A DNA stretch of 64,000 bases from Octopus sinensis (lineage: Eukaryota), in NCBI RefSeq assembly GCF_006345805.1, contig NC_043001.1:113398001-113462000 (forward strand), given 5' to 3'. Shown here piece after piece: positions 51,654 through 63,897 of the stretch (within the stretch, counting starts at the first letter, position 1; each line of letters begins with the position of its first letter). A model generated the notes under the pieces. It saw only the letters and a program-made list of their open reading frames with translations. It did no database searches and was not told the DNA's origin. A program made the position numbers and the translations under genes.

Positions 51654-52610
51654 AGCAGAAGTTGAGGTAATCAGGAGTTAAGGAACAACAGAAACAACAA
51701 TAGCAAATAGAACAACAAGAACAATTAACTGCCACAACGCTAAACCAATTCCTGCTCCACTTCAAAACCTCGACACATTCCACTTCACTCTAGGACCACC
51801 TTTGCTGAACCTTAGAACCACAATCCCATTACAATCAACAATGACTATCGCTAAATAAGAAATCTGAACTTAAATAGAAATTTTGATTGATTCCTTTACA
51901 CAAACAGTTCTCTATCCGAAGTCTTGGAGCAGGTTTTAATAACATGAAGCACCAACACCGACACACCCATCCGTGTTCATGATAATTCAAGTAATTACAA
52001 TTTCCACAGAACAATTCATAAATAACAAAACGTGTGTGCATGTGTGTGCGTGTGCGTGTTCCTGCGTGTGTGTGTGTGTAGAGTGTATGCGTGGTATGCT
52101 GTGTGCTGCGTATGAAGGGGGAGAATGCAAGTCAAAGTTGAGATAAAATATTTACATTTCTTGAGATAACGCCATATTCTGATTGATATACACACACATA
52201 CATACATACACACAGACACAAAGGCACACACACAAAGAGACAAACACACGCACACACGTACACACACACATATACAGAGACAGACAGACACAGACATACA
52301 CACACACGCATATCTATATTTATACATGCTTACATACATGCGTGTATAGCTATTATTGAATTACGTAAAAGACGCACACATATTCATACACGTGGATCCG
52401 TCCATTTGTGTATCTATGTGTATAACTGTATATATAATACAAAGTATGTGACTGTATGTATGCATATGGAAATACAATAATATATGTGCATATATATATA
52501 TACACACACACACACATAAATATTTGAATGTATATACAGATATCAAAGTTAAAGATGCTGAAGATAATATGATATATGTATGTATATATATATGTATATA
52601 TATGTGTGTG

Positions 52611-52649
<39 letters not shown>

Positions 52650-53122
52650 GCGCAGTTGCATATTTTATGGCACAACAATTTATGCACTAACATATGCATA
52701 TATACATATATGATATAAAATATATAATATATACAGTATATACATACGTATCTATATGCATGTGTATGGCTGAGGACTGTTACTATGTATGTCTCCGTAC
52801 GAACATATTTTTCATACATGCTCATATACGCGGTTGTTGTGTATAAATATAGGTTAATATAAGTAATTGATTTGTATTTAAAATCCTTTTGCCTTGTTGC
52901 ATCGGTCTAATGCTGTGTCTCAGATCAATATCAGTTAATTAGACTTTATTGATCAACAACTGGGCATTGTATTTGTTACTGAGAGTGGAAATCAGAGATA
53001 AGACATTATAAGAACAGAGTAAAATAATGCAGTTTGTTGGCGATCTTCATTTTGCACAAGATATTATTTATTGTAGAAATGAGAAATTCTGCATATGTAT
53101 GTACATCTGCCTGTCTGTGTGC

Positions 53123-53176
<54 letters not shown>

Positions 53177-53204
53177 TACATACATATACGTACATACATA
53201 CATA

Positions 53205-53280
<76 letters not shown>

Positions 53281-53334
53281 CATACATATATATGTATATA
53301 TTTATATATATATATTATATATATATATTTGTTT

Positions 53335-53590
53335 GTGTGTGAAGGCGCTTGGCCTAGTGGTTAGAATTTTACATTCAGGATCGCTAGAATGTTTGTTCAA
53401 ATACCGGCCTTGGCAGCGCGTTTTTTTTCATTTCACATCGGTCCATTTCACCTAGTTGTAAATGGGCAATCCCGTGGCAGAATGACTTTCCGATCAGGGA
53501 GAATGCAGGACTTTTCGCTTAGCCAACGGGATGGCATCATTTGAAAGCTAAAGCAATGTGAAGCGCATTGTGACGAGCGATGTATACCGT
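53335..53590 (+). mobile_element. Diverged SINE (V-like head) with the shared gcaatgtgaagcgcattgtgac tail
   Basis: gaaggcgcttggcctagtggttag head; tail similar to 6770-6800 reversed. Confidence 0.55.
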
Positions 53591-53912
53591 CGATACCATG
53601 ACATGCATGCACGAATGTATGTATGTATTATATATATATATATATATATATGTGTAGATAAGAGACAATTGACAAGAATCCATAAACTTGAAACACCGAT
53701 GTTTGGGATTCCTGATAGATGGCGACACTGAACAAGCCGTGTGTTTCTACACCTTTTACCATAAGAGAGATATTTTCTCCACGGTAGCTGTAGTGCAGTT
53801 GCCTTTCAGCAGTTGAAATATATCACAAACATATTTTAACTAGCCTAAATTAATATAAATAAATATAAATACTCACACACACAAGCATATATATATATAT
53901 ATATATATACAT

Positions 53913-54191
53913 ATATTATATTAAATTAGAGATAAAACCACTATTAGGCAAATCATACAATGGAAAACTTAAGCCAATACATAAGATTAATTAATTTACA
54001 TTATTTTAAATATATATCAAAATTATTAAAAAAAGATAATTAGTATAGCACTACGATCGTTTCATGGCTGTCCAATTCGTAAGAATTCGAATTACAGTCA
54101 TTCTTCAGGTGATTGAAATATTTAACTTTGCGAGGTTTAATCAATGTATGATTTGCCTAATAGTGGTTTTATCTCTAATTTAATATAATAT
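53913..54191 (-). mobile_element. 279-bp cassette with perfect 47-bp terminal inverted repeats in (TA)n-rich flanks; probable PLE pLTR derivative
   Basis: 53913-53959 is the exact reverse complement of 54145-54191; encloses a hammerhead motif. Confidence 0.8.
54049..54111 (-). ncRNA. Type I hammerhead ribozyme with intact catalytic core
   Basis: Minus strand: CAC-CTGAAGA-ATGACTGT.AATTCG.AATTCTTA.CGAATT.GG.ACAGCCAT-GAAAC-GATC-GTA-GTG. All core nucleotides are present, stem II is long, stem III ACGATCGT is palindromic, and the triplet is GUA. Confidence 0.75.
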
Positions 54192-54276
54192 AATATTTTA
54201 CTATAAAATTGGATTCAATCCTAAATCTGATTTTTCCCTGTAAGTTTGGATTTATTCCCTAATATTTTATTATATA

Positions 54277-54337
<61 letters not shown>

Positions 54338-54401
54338 TATATATATATATATTATATATATATTATATATATATATATATATATACATATATAAACATAT
54401 A

Positions 54402-54464
54402 CTTTATTTAAAGCGGCAGAAAATTCAACAAAACCTGTTGAATTTTCTGCTGCTTTAAATAAAG
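54402..54464. other. 29-bp hairpin with one G-U pair and a 5-nt loop
   Basis: ctttatttaaagcggcagaaaattcaaca-aaacc-tgttgaattttctgctgctttaaataaag. Confidence 0.9.
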
Positions 54465-54776
54465 CATATTACTCTACCACTGGTATTTGAGTTCTCTTTT
54501 TTCCACCTTGTTTCACATTTATGTGTTTACTCCGGTATATAAATATATATATACATTATATATTTCGTTTTTGGATTTGGTTTGCAAGATTCTTTATATG
54601 AGTTCGTGTGAACAGAATATATTATATAAATATATTCTTCTTCTTCTTCTTCTTCTTCTTCTTCTTCTTCTTCTTCTCTTCTTCTTCTTCTTCTTCTTCT
54701 TCTTCTTCTTCTTCTTCTTCTTCTTCTTCTTCTTCTTCTTCTTCTTCTTTTAATATTTTTATTATTATTATTATTA

Positions 54777-54965
54777 AGGCAGAATCATTAGCACGCCGGA
54801 CGAAACGCTTAGCGGTATTCCGTCCGTCTGCCCGTTCTGAGTTCAAATTCCGTCGAGGTCGACTTTGCCTTTAATCCTAGGGAGTTCGATAAAAAAAAAT
54901 AAGTACCAGTTGCGCTCTAGGGTCGATGTGATCAACTAGCCCACCCTTCCCACAAAAATTTCAAA
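54777..54965 (+). mobile_element. SINE family M
   Basis: ggcagaatcattagcacgccggacg..gtcgactttgcc..aagtaccag. Confidence 0.8.
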
Positions 54966-54969
54966 CCTT

Positions 54970-55193
54970 GTACAGAAAACAACACAGCTCCCATGACTTT
55001 CGGAAACATTTTTTCACGCTCAGAGTTGCTGAAGCATGGAACAAACTGCCTGCGTCAGTTGTTGACTGCCATGACACTGCATCCTTTAAGGCCCTCATGC
55101 TTTCCGAAATCCGCCGAAACTACACCTGATTATACATACACTTTAGATGAGTTGTAGTGCACCTGAGCACTGTACACAATGTTTTTATTATTA

Positions 55194-55250
<57 letters not shown>
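54970..55250 (+). mobile_element. CR1-clade LINE 3' end with (ATT)n tail
   Basis: Matches 15805-16090 (cacagctcccatgactttcggaaacatttttt..gagttgctga). Confidence 0.85.
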
Positions 55251-55253
<3 letters not shown>

Positions 55254-56029
55254 CGTTTAAAGGATTATTATTATTGCTGTTGTTGCTATTGTTAGTCATG
55301 TGTTCTTGGTGTTATTAGTGGTGGTGCCACTAGCATTCTTGTAATAACCAGGGGCCTATTTAAACGGCTGTTCTGACCGTCTAAATCTCGTGGCTGATTG
55401 TCTTCGTAAAGAATTAAAATCATTGGTTCGTAATCTTCAAAATTAAACTACGCTTATATTCTCTTTACGTCTAGACATTACACACCACATCACCTCTCTC
55501 TCTCACTCGCTCTTTCCCCCTCTCTTTCCCACTCTTTCTCTCTCTCTCTCACATACACACAAACACATCCGCTTACACACACACACATATAGGATTTAGC
55601 AACATTTACATCTACATTCATCCTCAATTCTTTTAGACATTTGTATAAGTATTGTTTTCATAACATGCCTATTTATTTTGTTTGTTCTATCTGTTTCTCT
55701 CCTTATGCTATTTTTACACTTCTAATTACCCATCATTCAAAGAAAAGAACAGAAAGGGATAAGTATATCTACCACTTAACCAATATATACACGTGTGTGT
55801 GTGTGTGTGTATGTGTATGTGTGCGTATTCTTTCTTGTAATTTTCACGAACGAGCACGGTTATTTTGTATATGTGTATATGCGATGTGTCTGTATACGTA
55901 AGTATGTGTTTGAATATGTTACAAAAGCAAAAGAAAAATATTTCTGTTTCCATATCGTTTTCATATACCTTAACACTGATAAAGAAAACAAACATAAAAG
56001 AACAATAACTAAAATTAAAAGTAACATAC

Positions 56030-56345
<316 letters not shown>

Positions 56346-56928
56346 CTGATGAAAGGAACTATCAAATATCTTAAAGATGGTCGTTAACAACTGAATGACA
56401 CTTCAGTTAAGGGTGGCAATAATTATGCACACAATTACCTATCTTTAGCACAAAGGAGTGACAAAGAGAGCGCGAGAGAGGATGATAGTAGGGGGGAAGA
56501 TATGAAGACAGAAGGAGAGAAGAAGAGAGAGAGAGAGAGAGAGAGAGAGCAGGGAGAAAGTGAGAAAGAAATGGAGAGACAGATGGGTGACGGGATATAT
56601 CTAATATAAATATGCAATAAGAAATTCAATATGAATGAGCATAATGAGTTGCTACTTTGAGAAAACCCAAAACAAAAACAGGGCATAAAAAAAAGTAGAA
56701 GAGAGAAAAAATACACGTAGTTAATGATGATACACGTTTAAATATTTTTCAGAATGATTCCCTAGCAGAGCCGCCAAATATATTTTCACAAGGAAGAGCT
56801 TGATAGTGACTTCGAAGTTCTGGCTCATTTGCCTTTTCTGCAAATGAAATTTCTTTCTCTCATTACATTTATTGCATGCTTCTTCGTTTTATGTTTGATT
56901 AATGTTATACCTAAATATATACATATAA

Positions 56929-57325
56929 AGAGCGTGTGGCTGTGTGGTAAGTAGCTTGCTAGCCAGCCACATGGTTCCGGGTTCAGTCCCACTGCGTAGC
57001 ATCTTGGGCAAGTGTCTTCTGCTATAGCCTCGGGCCGACCAATGCCTTGTGAGTGGATTTGGTAGACGGAAACTGAAAGAAGCCTGTCGTATATATGTAT
57101 ATATATGTATATATGTGTGTGTGTTTGTCCCCCTAGCATTGCTTGACAACCGATGCTGGTGTGTTTACGTCCCCGTCACTTAGCGGTTCGGCAAAAGAGA
57201 CCGATAGAATAAGTACTGGGCTTACAAAGAATAAGTCCCGGGGTCGATTTGCTCGACTAAAGGCGGTGCTCCAGCATGGCCGCAGTCAAATGACTGAAAC
57301 AAGTAAAAGAGTAAAAGAGTAAAGA

Positions 57326-57326
<1 letters not shown>
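56929..57326 (+). mobile_element. SINE family C, full length
   Basis: Head through to the gagtaaaagagtaaagagta tail. Confidence 0.9.
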
Positions 57327-57371
<45 letters not shown>

Positions 57372-57399
57372 AAACAAGTCAGGATAGAAAATGCTAAAA

Positions 57400-57800
57400 T
57401 AATTTTATAAAGAACATTTCAGTCCCGGTTTCGGTCATTTTGAGACCTTTTCAACTGTAATAATTAAATAATTAAATTTAGAAAATTTAAAAGAAAAGTG
57501 TTTTTAAAAGAATATTTGTATGGTGTTCAAATATAAGTGGCATTTTCCTTGTTTCTGCCTTTCTCTGTCTCTCTTGTTTACTCTTGAGGGTTCGAGGTCG
57601 TTGTGAATTCTTGGTAGGGAAGAAGAAATATTGAATGTTTTCAAATGTGTGGGCTGTTTACGGAGTGCTCATAGAAAGAAAATGCGAAAAAATATAGATT
57701 AGAGAAAATTGAAAACGCAAATCTTAGGCAGTCATATAATTTTATGTATCTTTATAGTTTTTCTATATTTTTATATATGTTTTGTTTTATTCTTTATACC
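57400..57800 (-). mobile_element. Degenerate Penelope-like GIY-YIG C-terminus plus pLTR
   Basis: Minus frame FYEHSVNSPHI*KHSIFLLPYQE..RETEKGRNKENATYI; hammerhead motif downstream. Confidence 0.55.
57417..57460 (-). ncRNA. Type I hammerhead motif, U3-A8 core, mutated cleavage triplet
   Basis: Minus strand: TTACAG-TTGAAAA-GGTC.TCAAAAT.GACC-GAAAC-CG-GGA-CTGAAA. Confidence 0.55.
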
Positions 57801-58174
57801 ACGGAGGCTCTTCATACCTGTATATGCATGATTTCTGCTGATGTGTATAAATATATATGATTCAACCACTTTGATTGAATGTTTTATTTATGCGTTTGTA
57901 AATCTGTTGACTGCCTAAGATTTAGGTAGTTGTCGATAAAATCGAGCTCAATACTCAACTGGTACTTATTTTATCCACCCCAAAGAACAAAAAGCAAAGT
58001 TGACTTCTGAGCGATAAAAACCCACATCTTCCCACCATCTCCAGCTCCGAGACCACCAGATCGCATAATTTCGAACTTATTTGATCTTATCGGTAACGGG
58101 CGCTCGACCGCTAGAGATAGCAACAACTCATCTCTTCGCATTGTTGTAGAGCTGAAAAAAGGGGTAATTTCTAC

Positions 58175-58362
58175 TCTTCTCCTCTGGAAGCCATCTACTC
58201 GCAATACCAGAGGGCGCACACTCTCCTACCCTGATGTAATCACCAGGGATACAGGCATCCAGCAACAGGACCTCCGTAATGCCATGATGGACCGTGAAGT
58301 CTGGCGTAGCATGGTAAATTCCATTGTCTCGACCACGGTCGAACAATGATGACGATGATGAT
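58175..58362 (+). mobile_element. RTE-clade LINE 3' end
   Basis: LWKPSTRNTRGRTLSYPDVITRDTGIQQQDLRNAMMDREVWRSMV followed by a (TGA)n tail. Confidence 0.8.
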
Positions 58363-58610
58363 CTCTTCGCAAGCGATATACAGAAAATCAGTACCAGAAT
58401 AGGCACTGGTGTAGCGATTAGCCAGTTATCTTGTTAAAATGTATATATTATTGACAGAAGCGTTATTAATACCGAGAGGTAATATTTATCCCCACTTGAA
58501 CGTAGATGTTCAGTTAGCTACCATGTGAAAGACCCTCATCACCGATGAGATCAAAGAAAATCGAAATCACGTGAACTGGAGTTGGTGGTGATTTATCTCC
58601 CACCCCCTAG

Positions 58611-59006
58611 CGATAGAGGAAGGAAGCACTCCGTTGCTTACGACGATGAGGGTTCCGGTTGATCCGAATCAACGGAACAGCCTGCTCGTGAAATTAACGT
58701 GTAAGTGGCTGAGCACTCCACAGACACGTGTACCCTTAACGTAGTTCTCGAGGAGATTCAGCGTGACACAGAGTGTGACAAGGACGGCCCTTTGAAATAC
58801 AGGTACAACAGAAACAGGAAGTAAGAGTGAGAGAAAGTTGTGGTGAAAGGGTACAGCAGGGTTCACCACCAGCCCCTGCAGGAGTCTCGTGAAGCTTTAG
58901 GTGTTTTCGCTTAATAAACACTCACAACGCCCGGTCTGGGAATCGAAACCGCGATCCTACGACCGCGAGTCCGCTGCCCTAACCACTGGGCCATTGCGCC
59001 TCCACC
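58611..59006 (-). mobile_element. SINE family R flanked by a 106-bp direct duplication
   Basis: 58505-58610 equals 59007-59112 with 3 substitutions. Confidence 0.9.
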
Positions 59007-59249
59007 GATGTTCAGTTAGCTACCACGAGAAAGACCCTCATCACCGATGAGATCAAAGAAAATCGAAATCACGTGAACTGGAGTTGGTGGTGATTTATTT
59101 CCCACCCCCTAGGGGATATAAACAAGTATGCATTCTGCAACAAAATCCTATATGAGTGTTTCTCTCATAGTATCTACTGCAGAAAAGTTTTTTTCTAACA
59201 GAACATCCATGTTTAAGTGTGAATAAATATTACCTATCATAAAATGTGT

Positions 59250-59497
59250 GGAGGCGCGTGGCTTAGTGTTTAGGGGCCAGCATTATGATCGTAAGATTGT
59301 GGTTTCAATTCCTGGACCGGGCGACGCGTTGTGTTCTTGAGCAAAACACTTCATTTCACGTTGTTCCTGTCCACTCAGCTGGCAAAAATAAGTAATGCTG
59401 CGATGGACTGGCGTCCCGTCCATCCGGGGAACACATACACCATAGAAACCGGGAAATAGGGCCCATGAGCCTGGCTAGGCTTTAAAAAAGGGCGCAT
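59250..59497 (+). mobile_element. SINE family V
   Basis: ggaggcgcgtggcttagtg..gttgtgttcttgagcaaaacacttcatttcacg..gactggcgtcccgtcc. Confidence 0.8.
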
Positions 59498-59912
59498 TTA
59501 CTCTTTACTCTTTTACTCTTTTACTTGTTTCAGTCATTTGACTGCGGCCATGCTAGAGCACCGCCTTTAGTCGAGCGAATCGACCACGGGACTTATTCTT
59601 TGTAAGCCCAGTACTTATTCTATCGGTCTATTTTGCCGAACCGCTAAGTGACGGGGACGTAAACACACCAGCATCGGTTGTCAAGCAATGCTAGAAGGAC
59701 AAACACAGACACACAAACATATACACACACACTTATATATATATACATATATACGACAGGCTTCTTTCAGTTTCCGTCTACCAAATCCACTCACAAGGCA
59801 TTGGTCGGTCCGAGGCTATAGCAGAAGACACTTGCCCAGGGTGCCATGCAGTGGGACTGGACCCAGAACCATGTGGTTGGTAGGCAAGCTACTTACCACA
59901 CAGCCACTCCTG
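59498..59912 (-). mobile_element. SINE family C, full length
   Basis: As for the other family C copies. Confidence 0.9.
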
Positions 59913-60429
59913 TTACAGTGACACCGTTGTCATCCTCAGTAATATTATGAAAAAATACTAGTGACATGGAAGAAAGAAAAGAAAGTATTCACAGCAGTGC
60001 GAATCAGTTATCCAGGAGATGTTAGCCAAAAAGAAGAGTATGTCGAATTAACGAGAAATCTACAGATATTTCATCCACATATCTTTTAGATTTTATACAT
60101 ATTAATTCTGGGGTGATTGGTTATATAACTAATTGTCTCTCCATAAATCTTGAGAAGCTGACCTTCGTAAACTAGAAAGGACACAGCTAATTAAGAAATT
60201 ACAATTGCAAACCATAGATAGAATTGCAAATATATGTAAATTATTCCAGATGTTTAACCTGTAGTATGTATATTTACTACACGTATAGATATACAATCCT
60301 ATATGTGCACATACATAAGTTAAATCGTAATAGATCCAGAACTGCAATGACATCTATGTATACACATATGCATACACATATGTATACACATATGTATACA
60401 CATATGCACAAGTGCTCACATGACTATAT

Positions 60430-61030
60430 AGACGTGTAATGAATGAATGAGTTAACGTATGTATGTCTTATGAATGTATGAATGCATGTATATATGTATA
60501 TATATCCATGAATATATGCCTGTGCATATGCATGTATGTATGTATGTATGTATGTACGTACGTTTGTATGTATGTATGTATGTATATTTATATGTCTGTA
60601 TGTAGGTATGTATGTATGTAGGTATGTATGTATGTTTGTATGCATGTATGCATGTATCTATGTAGGTATGTATGTATGTTTGTTTGTGTGTATGTATGCA
60701 TGTATGTATGTATGTTTGTATGTATCTATGTAGGTATGTATGTATGTGTGTGTATATGTACGTATGTAGGTATGTGTGTATATTTGTATGTATGCATGTA
60801 TGTATGCTTTTATGTATGTATGTTATGTATGTAAGTATGTTTGTATGTATGCATGCATGTATGTATGTTTGTATGTATATATGTATGTATGCATGTATGT
60901 ATGTTTGTATGTATATATGTATGTATGTATGCATGTATGTATGTTTGTATGTATATATGTATGTATATGCATGTATGTATGTTTGTATGTATATATGTAT
61001 GTATGTATGTATGCATGTATGTATGTATAT
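60430..61030. repeat. ~600-bp degenerate (ATGT)n array
   Basis: Direct reading. Confidence 0.95.
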
Positions 61031-62239
61031 TACTAGACCCTGCATATTTTTTTAGTCTTTCCTTCATTTTTGTCTCGCATTAATTGTTCTTGGCAATTAA
61101 TATATTTCCTTCTTTCCTTTTCCTTTTTTCTTTTTCATTCATATACTTCTTTTCTTCCATTGTTTCCTTCATTTCTTTATATTTATTTATCTGCACCCAT
61201 TTATTTGTGTCTACATCATTCTTTTTCATTCCATTTTGGAATTTTAGCAGCATTCATTCCTTCTCTTCACGATCTTTCTTTAATTCTTTCAATCAATTTC
61301 ATATTTCTTTCTTTCTTTCTTTCTTTCATTAATTTCTTCCAATTCTTTCATCCATGAATTTATTCTTTTCACCACTCCTTCAACTTTAAATTCATTCATT
61401 TCTTTCTCATTACTAATTGTCATTTTCCTATTTTCAGCCTTCCTTTCTTTTCAGTCCTTCTTTTCCTTCGTCCTGCTCCAATCCCTTTCTTTCTTTCTTT
61501 CTTCCCCATTCCCATTCTTTGTTTGTTTGTTTCTTTTCTTTTCTTTTCTTTGCCTTTCTTTTCTCCCTTTCGTTTACTTTCTTTCTCCAATTTCCCCAAT
61601 CTTTTAATTCATCATTCTTTGTCTCCGCTAATTCAAATTGATTTATTTCAATGCCAATTGTGAACAATATTTCTCAATCAGACGATAATGTTGATTAGTT
61701 AGAAAATGCCATTTGTAGCATGTCTGTTCTATTAAGATCCCAAATTAACCAAAATTTCTCGTTTTCTTTTCTTCTTTTTTTTCTTTTTGGTGTCCTTTTT
61801 ACAATTACTGTAGCAGTTTAAGTTTCTTTACAGCGACGCATTTGTTCATTATCTAATTTCTTGGAAGACTTCCATTTCCATTTTCATTCACGATTCTATC
61901 CGATTGCAATGACGTCATAGTAAGAGCATCTTCAAATTTTAAGGAGCTACATTAGACTATTCATTACATCGAACCAAGCACACAGATCCTCACATTTATA
62001 GAAGAGTATGAAATAGATATGAGAAGAACTGGCAGACGTATGCCAGAAGAGTGCCATGATTGAGTGGTTTTTCATACGAGATATTGCTGCCGTAGTATTA
62101 TGAATAAATCATTCAGAGATGAAGTTCCAAAAGAAGAGCTTCTTGGCATAAAAGTAACAAAAAGCTCCCAAGGGAATGTGGATATAGATGGATTAATCGT
62201 GTAGCAAGATGAGGATGGCGATATGGCTGTATATCTACG

Positions 62240-62400
62240 CGCAGATGTAGCTGTGTGGTAAAAAGCTAGCTTCCTAACCACATGACTTCGGGTTCAGTTC
62301 CACTACGTGGCGCGTTGAACAAATGTCTTTTGCTATTCACTCGGGCTGGCCACAGCCTTGTGAGTGGATTTGGTAGACGGAAATTGAAAGAGGTCCGTCC
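62240..62400 (+). mobile_element. Family C SINE head and core, diverged
   Basis: gcgcagatgtagctgtgtggtaa..gccttgtgagtggatttggtagacggaaattgaaag. Confidence 0.75.
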
Positions 62401-62563
62401 TTTATACACACACATATATGTATGTATGTATGTACGTATGTATGTATGTATGTATTTATATATAGTCAATCCAAACAAGAACAAGCAAGAAAAACAACAA
62501 CGCGAGGACATGGAATAAGTACAGTGTTATTGGACGGTCAGGAAAGGAAAGAAAATAAAGAGG

Positions 62564-62598
62564 ATTTAACGTTCCGAGCGGTGCTCTTCATCAGAAAT
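62564..62598 (-). ncRNA. Degenerate minimal hammerhead motif (A13G)
   Basis: Minus strand: ATTT-CTGATGA-A-GAGC.ACC.GCTC-GGAAC-GTT-AAAT. Confidence 0.5.
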
Positions 62599-62665
62599 AT
62601 AGAAAAAAGACCAAAGAAGGGAAGACAAAGAAAGAAAATCGCCAACGATACACATGCGGTCAAAT

Positions 62666-62728
<63 letters not shown>

Positions 62729-62933
62729 ATATATGTGTGTGTGTCTTTGTATTTGTATTTGTTCACCTCGGTTACTTGACAACCGGTGTTGGTTTGTAAC
62801 ATTATGATTGGTCAAAAAGAGACCGATAGAACAAGTATCAGGCTTTGAAAAAGTATTGAGATTGATCTCGTTCGAGTAAATGTCTCATGGTGCTGCCCCA
62901 GTATGGCCACAGTCTAATGACTGAAACAAGTGA

Positions 62934-62964
<31 letters not shown>

Positions 62965-63862
62965 AAGAGGAAGCTGGGTGACCTTGTTATTGGTGTTGTT
63001 GTAGTTGGTCGAGTTGATGGTGATATCAGCTATGACCCCTGTATATTTGTGTCAGGATAGACTTTGAAGAGTGACTCACGGATCCCTTTTAATGACTGCC
63101 TGACAATCATATTGCGCCATTTTTTTGTACACGCTGTCTACATTCTATGTCTGTAGACGTTATAGGAATTCAACCGACCGGTCGAATTCCTGTTCACCTG
63201 TTATTGATATAACTGTAGGTTAACCCAAATAAACTTGACCGAGGAGACCTATGATTAAAGGCATTCTAGCCATAGTAGCTCAATCATTGATTGCAGTGTC
63301 TTGGGCTACATGAACGTTTAAAACGGCAGTGCATGATTTGAAGGTTTTGCTGCAATTTCTAGAGGTTCGAGCGACCATTTAGACGGTCTCTCGTTGGTGG
63401 CGACAAGAGGCGAGGAATAAATCTGGCCAGAGTTGGAGCATGCGATTGCCGTTTCTTTGATCTTATTGGCAGATAACTGATAATCTATTTGACGAAGCTG
63501 AAGACAATGCATTTCAGATACAACACTTATTTATGATATTCTTGAGTTTCTCAAATAAATATTTTGGATTAAGTATGGTATATTCTTTTTCCATTTAGTC
63601 GTATTTGGGGTGGGGGGACACCTTCAAGGGTTTTCTTGAATATATCTTCCCCACTATTTTAAAGATTCTTATTTTACCAATGTGCAATTGTCGAGTCGCT
63701 ATCTCACGGCTTTGTAACAAATCACAGGTCTTAAGCAGCATAAATGTAAACACACTCATATGCAAGGTATATATATATATATATGTGTGCGTGGGTATGT
63801 GTATGTCAGTGCGTGTGTATGTGTGTTTATGTGTGTATGTATGTGTATGTTTGTGTGTGCGT

Positions 63863-63897
<35 letters not shown>

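Noticed and set aside
56346-56375. CTGATGA hammerhead core (also 18182, 34865, and 59933 on minus)
   Set aside because: No correctly placed GAAA, stem III or NUH; at 59933 stem II forms but GAAA is absent.
61060-61640. Long pyrimidine-rich tract with F/S/L-rich ORFs (also 5480-5960)
   Set aside because: Degenerate (CTTT)/(CT) low-complexity sequence; the ORFs are compositional artefacts.
63161-63194. Small imperfect palindrome aggaattc-aaccgaccggtc-gaattcct
   Set aside because: Short, with no supporting context.
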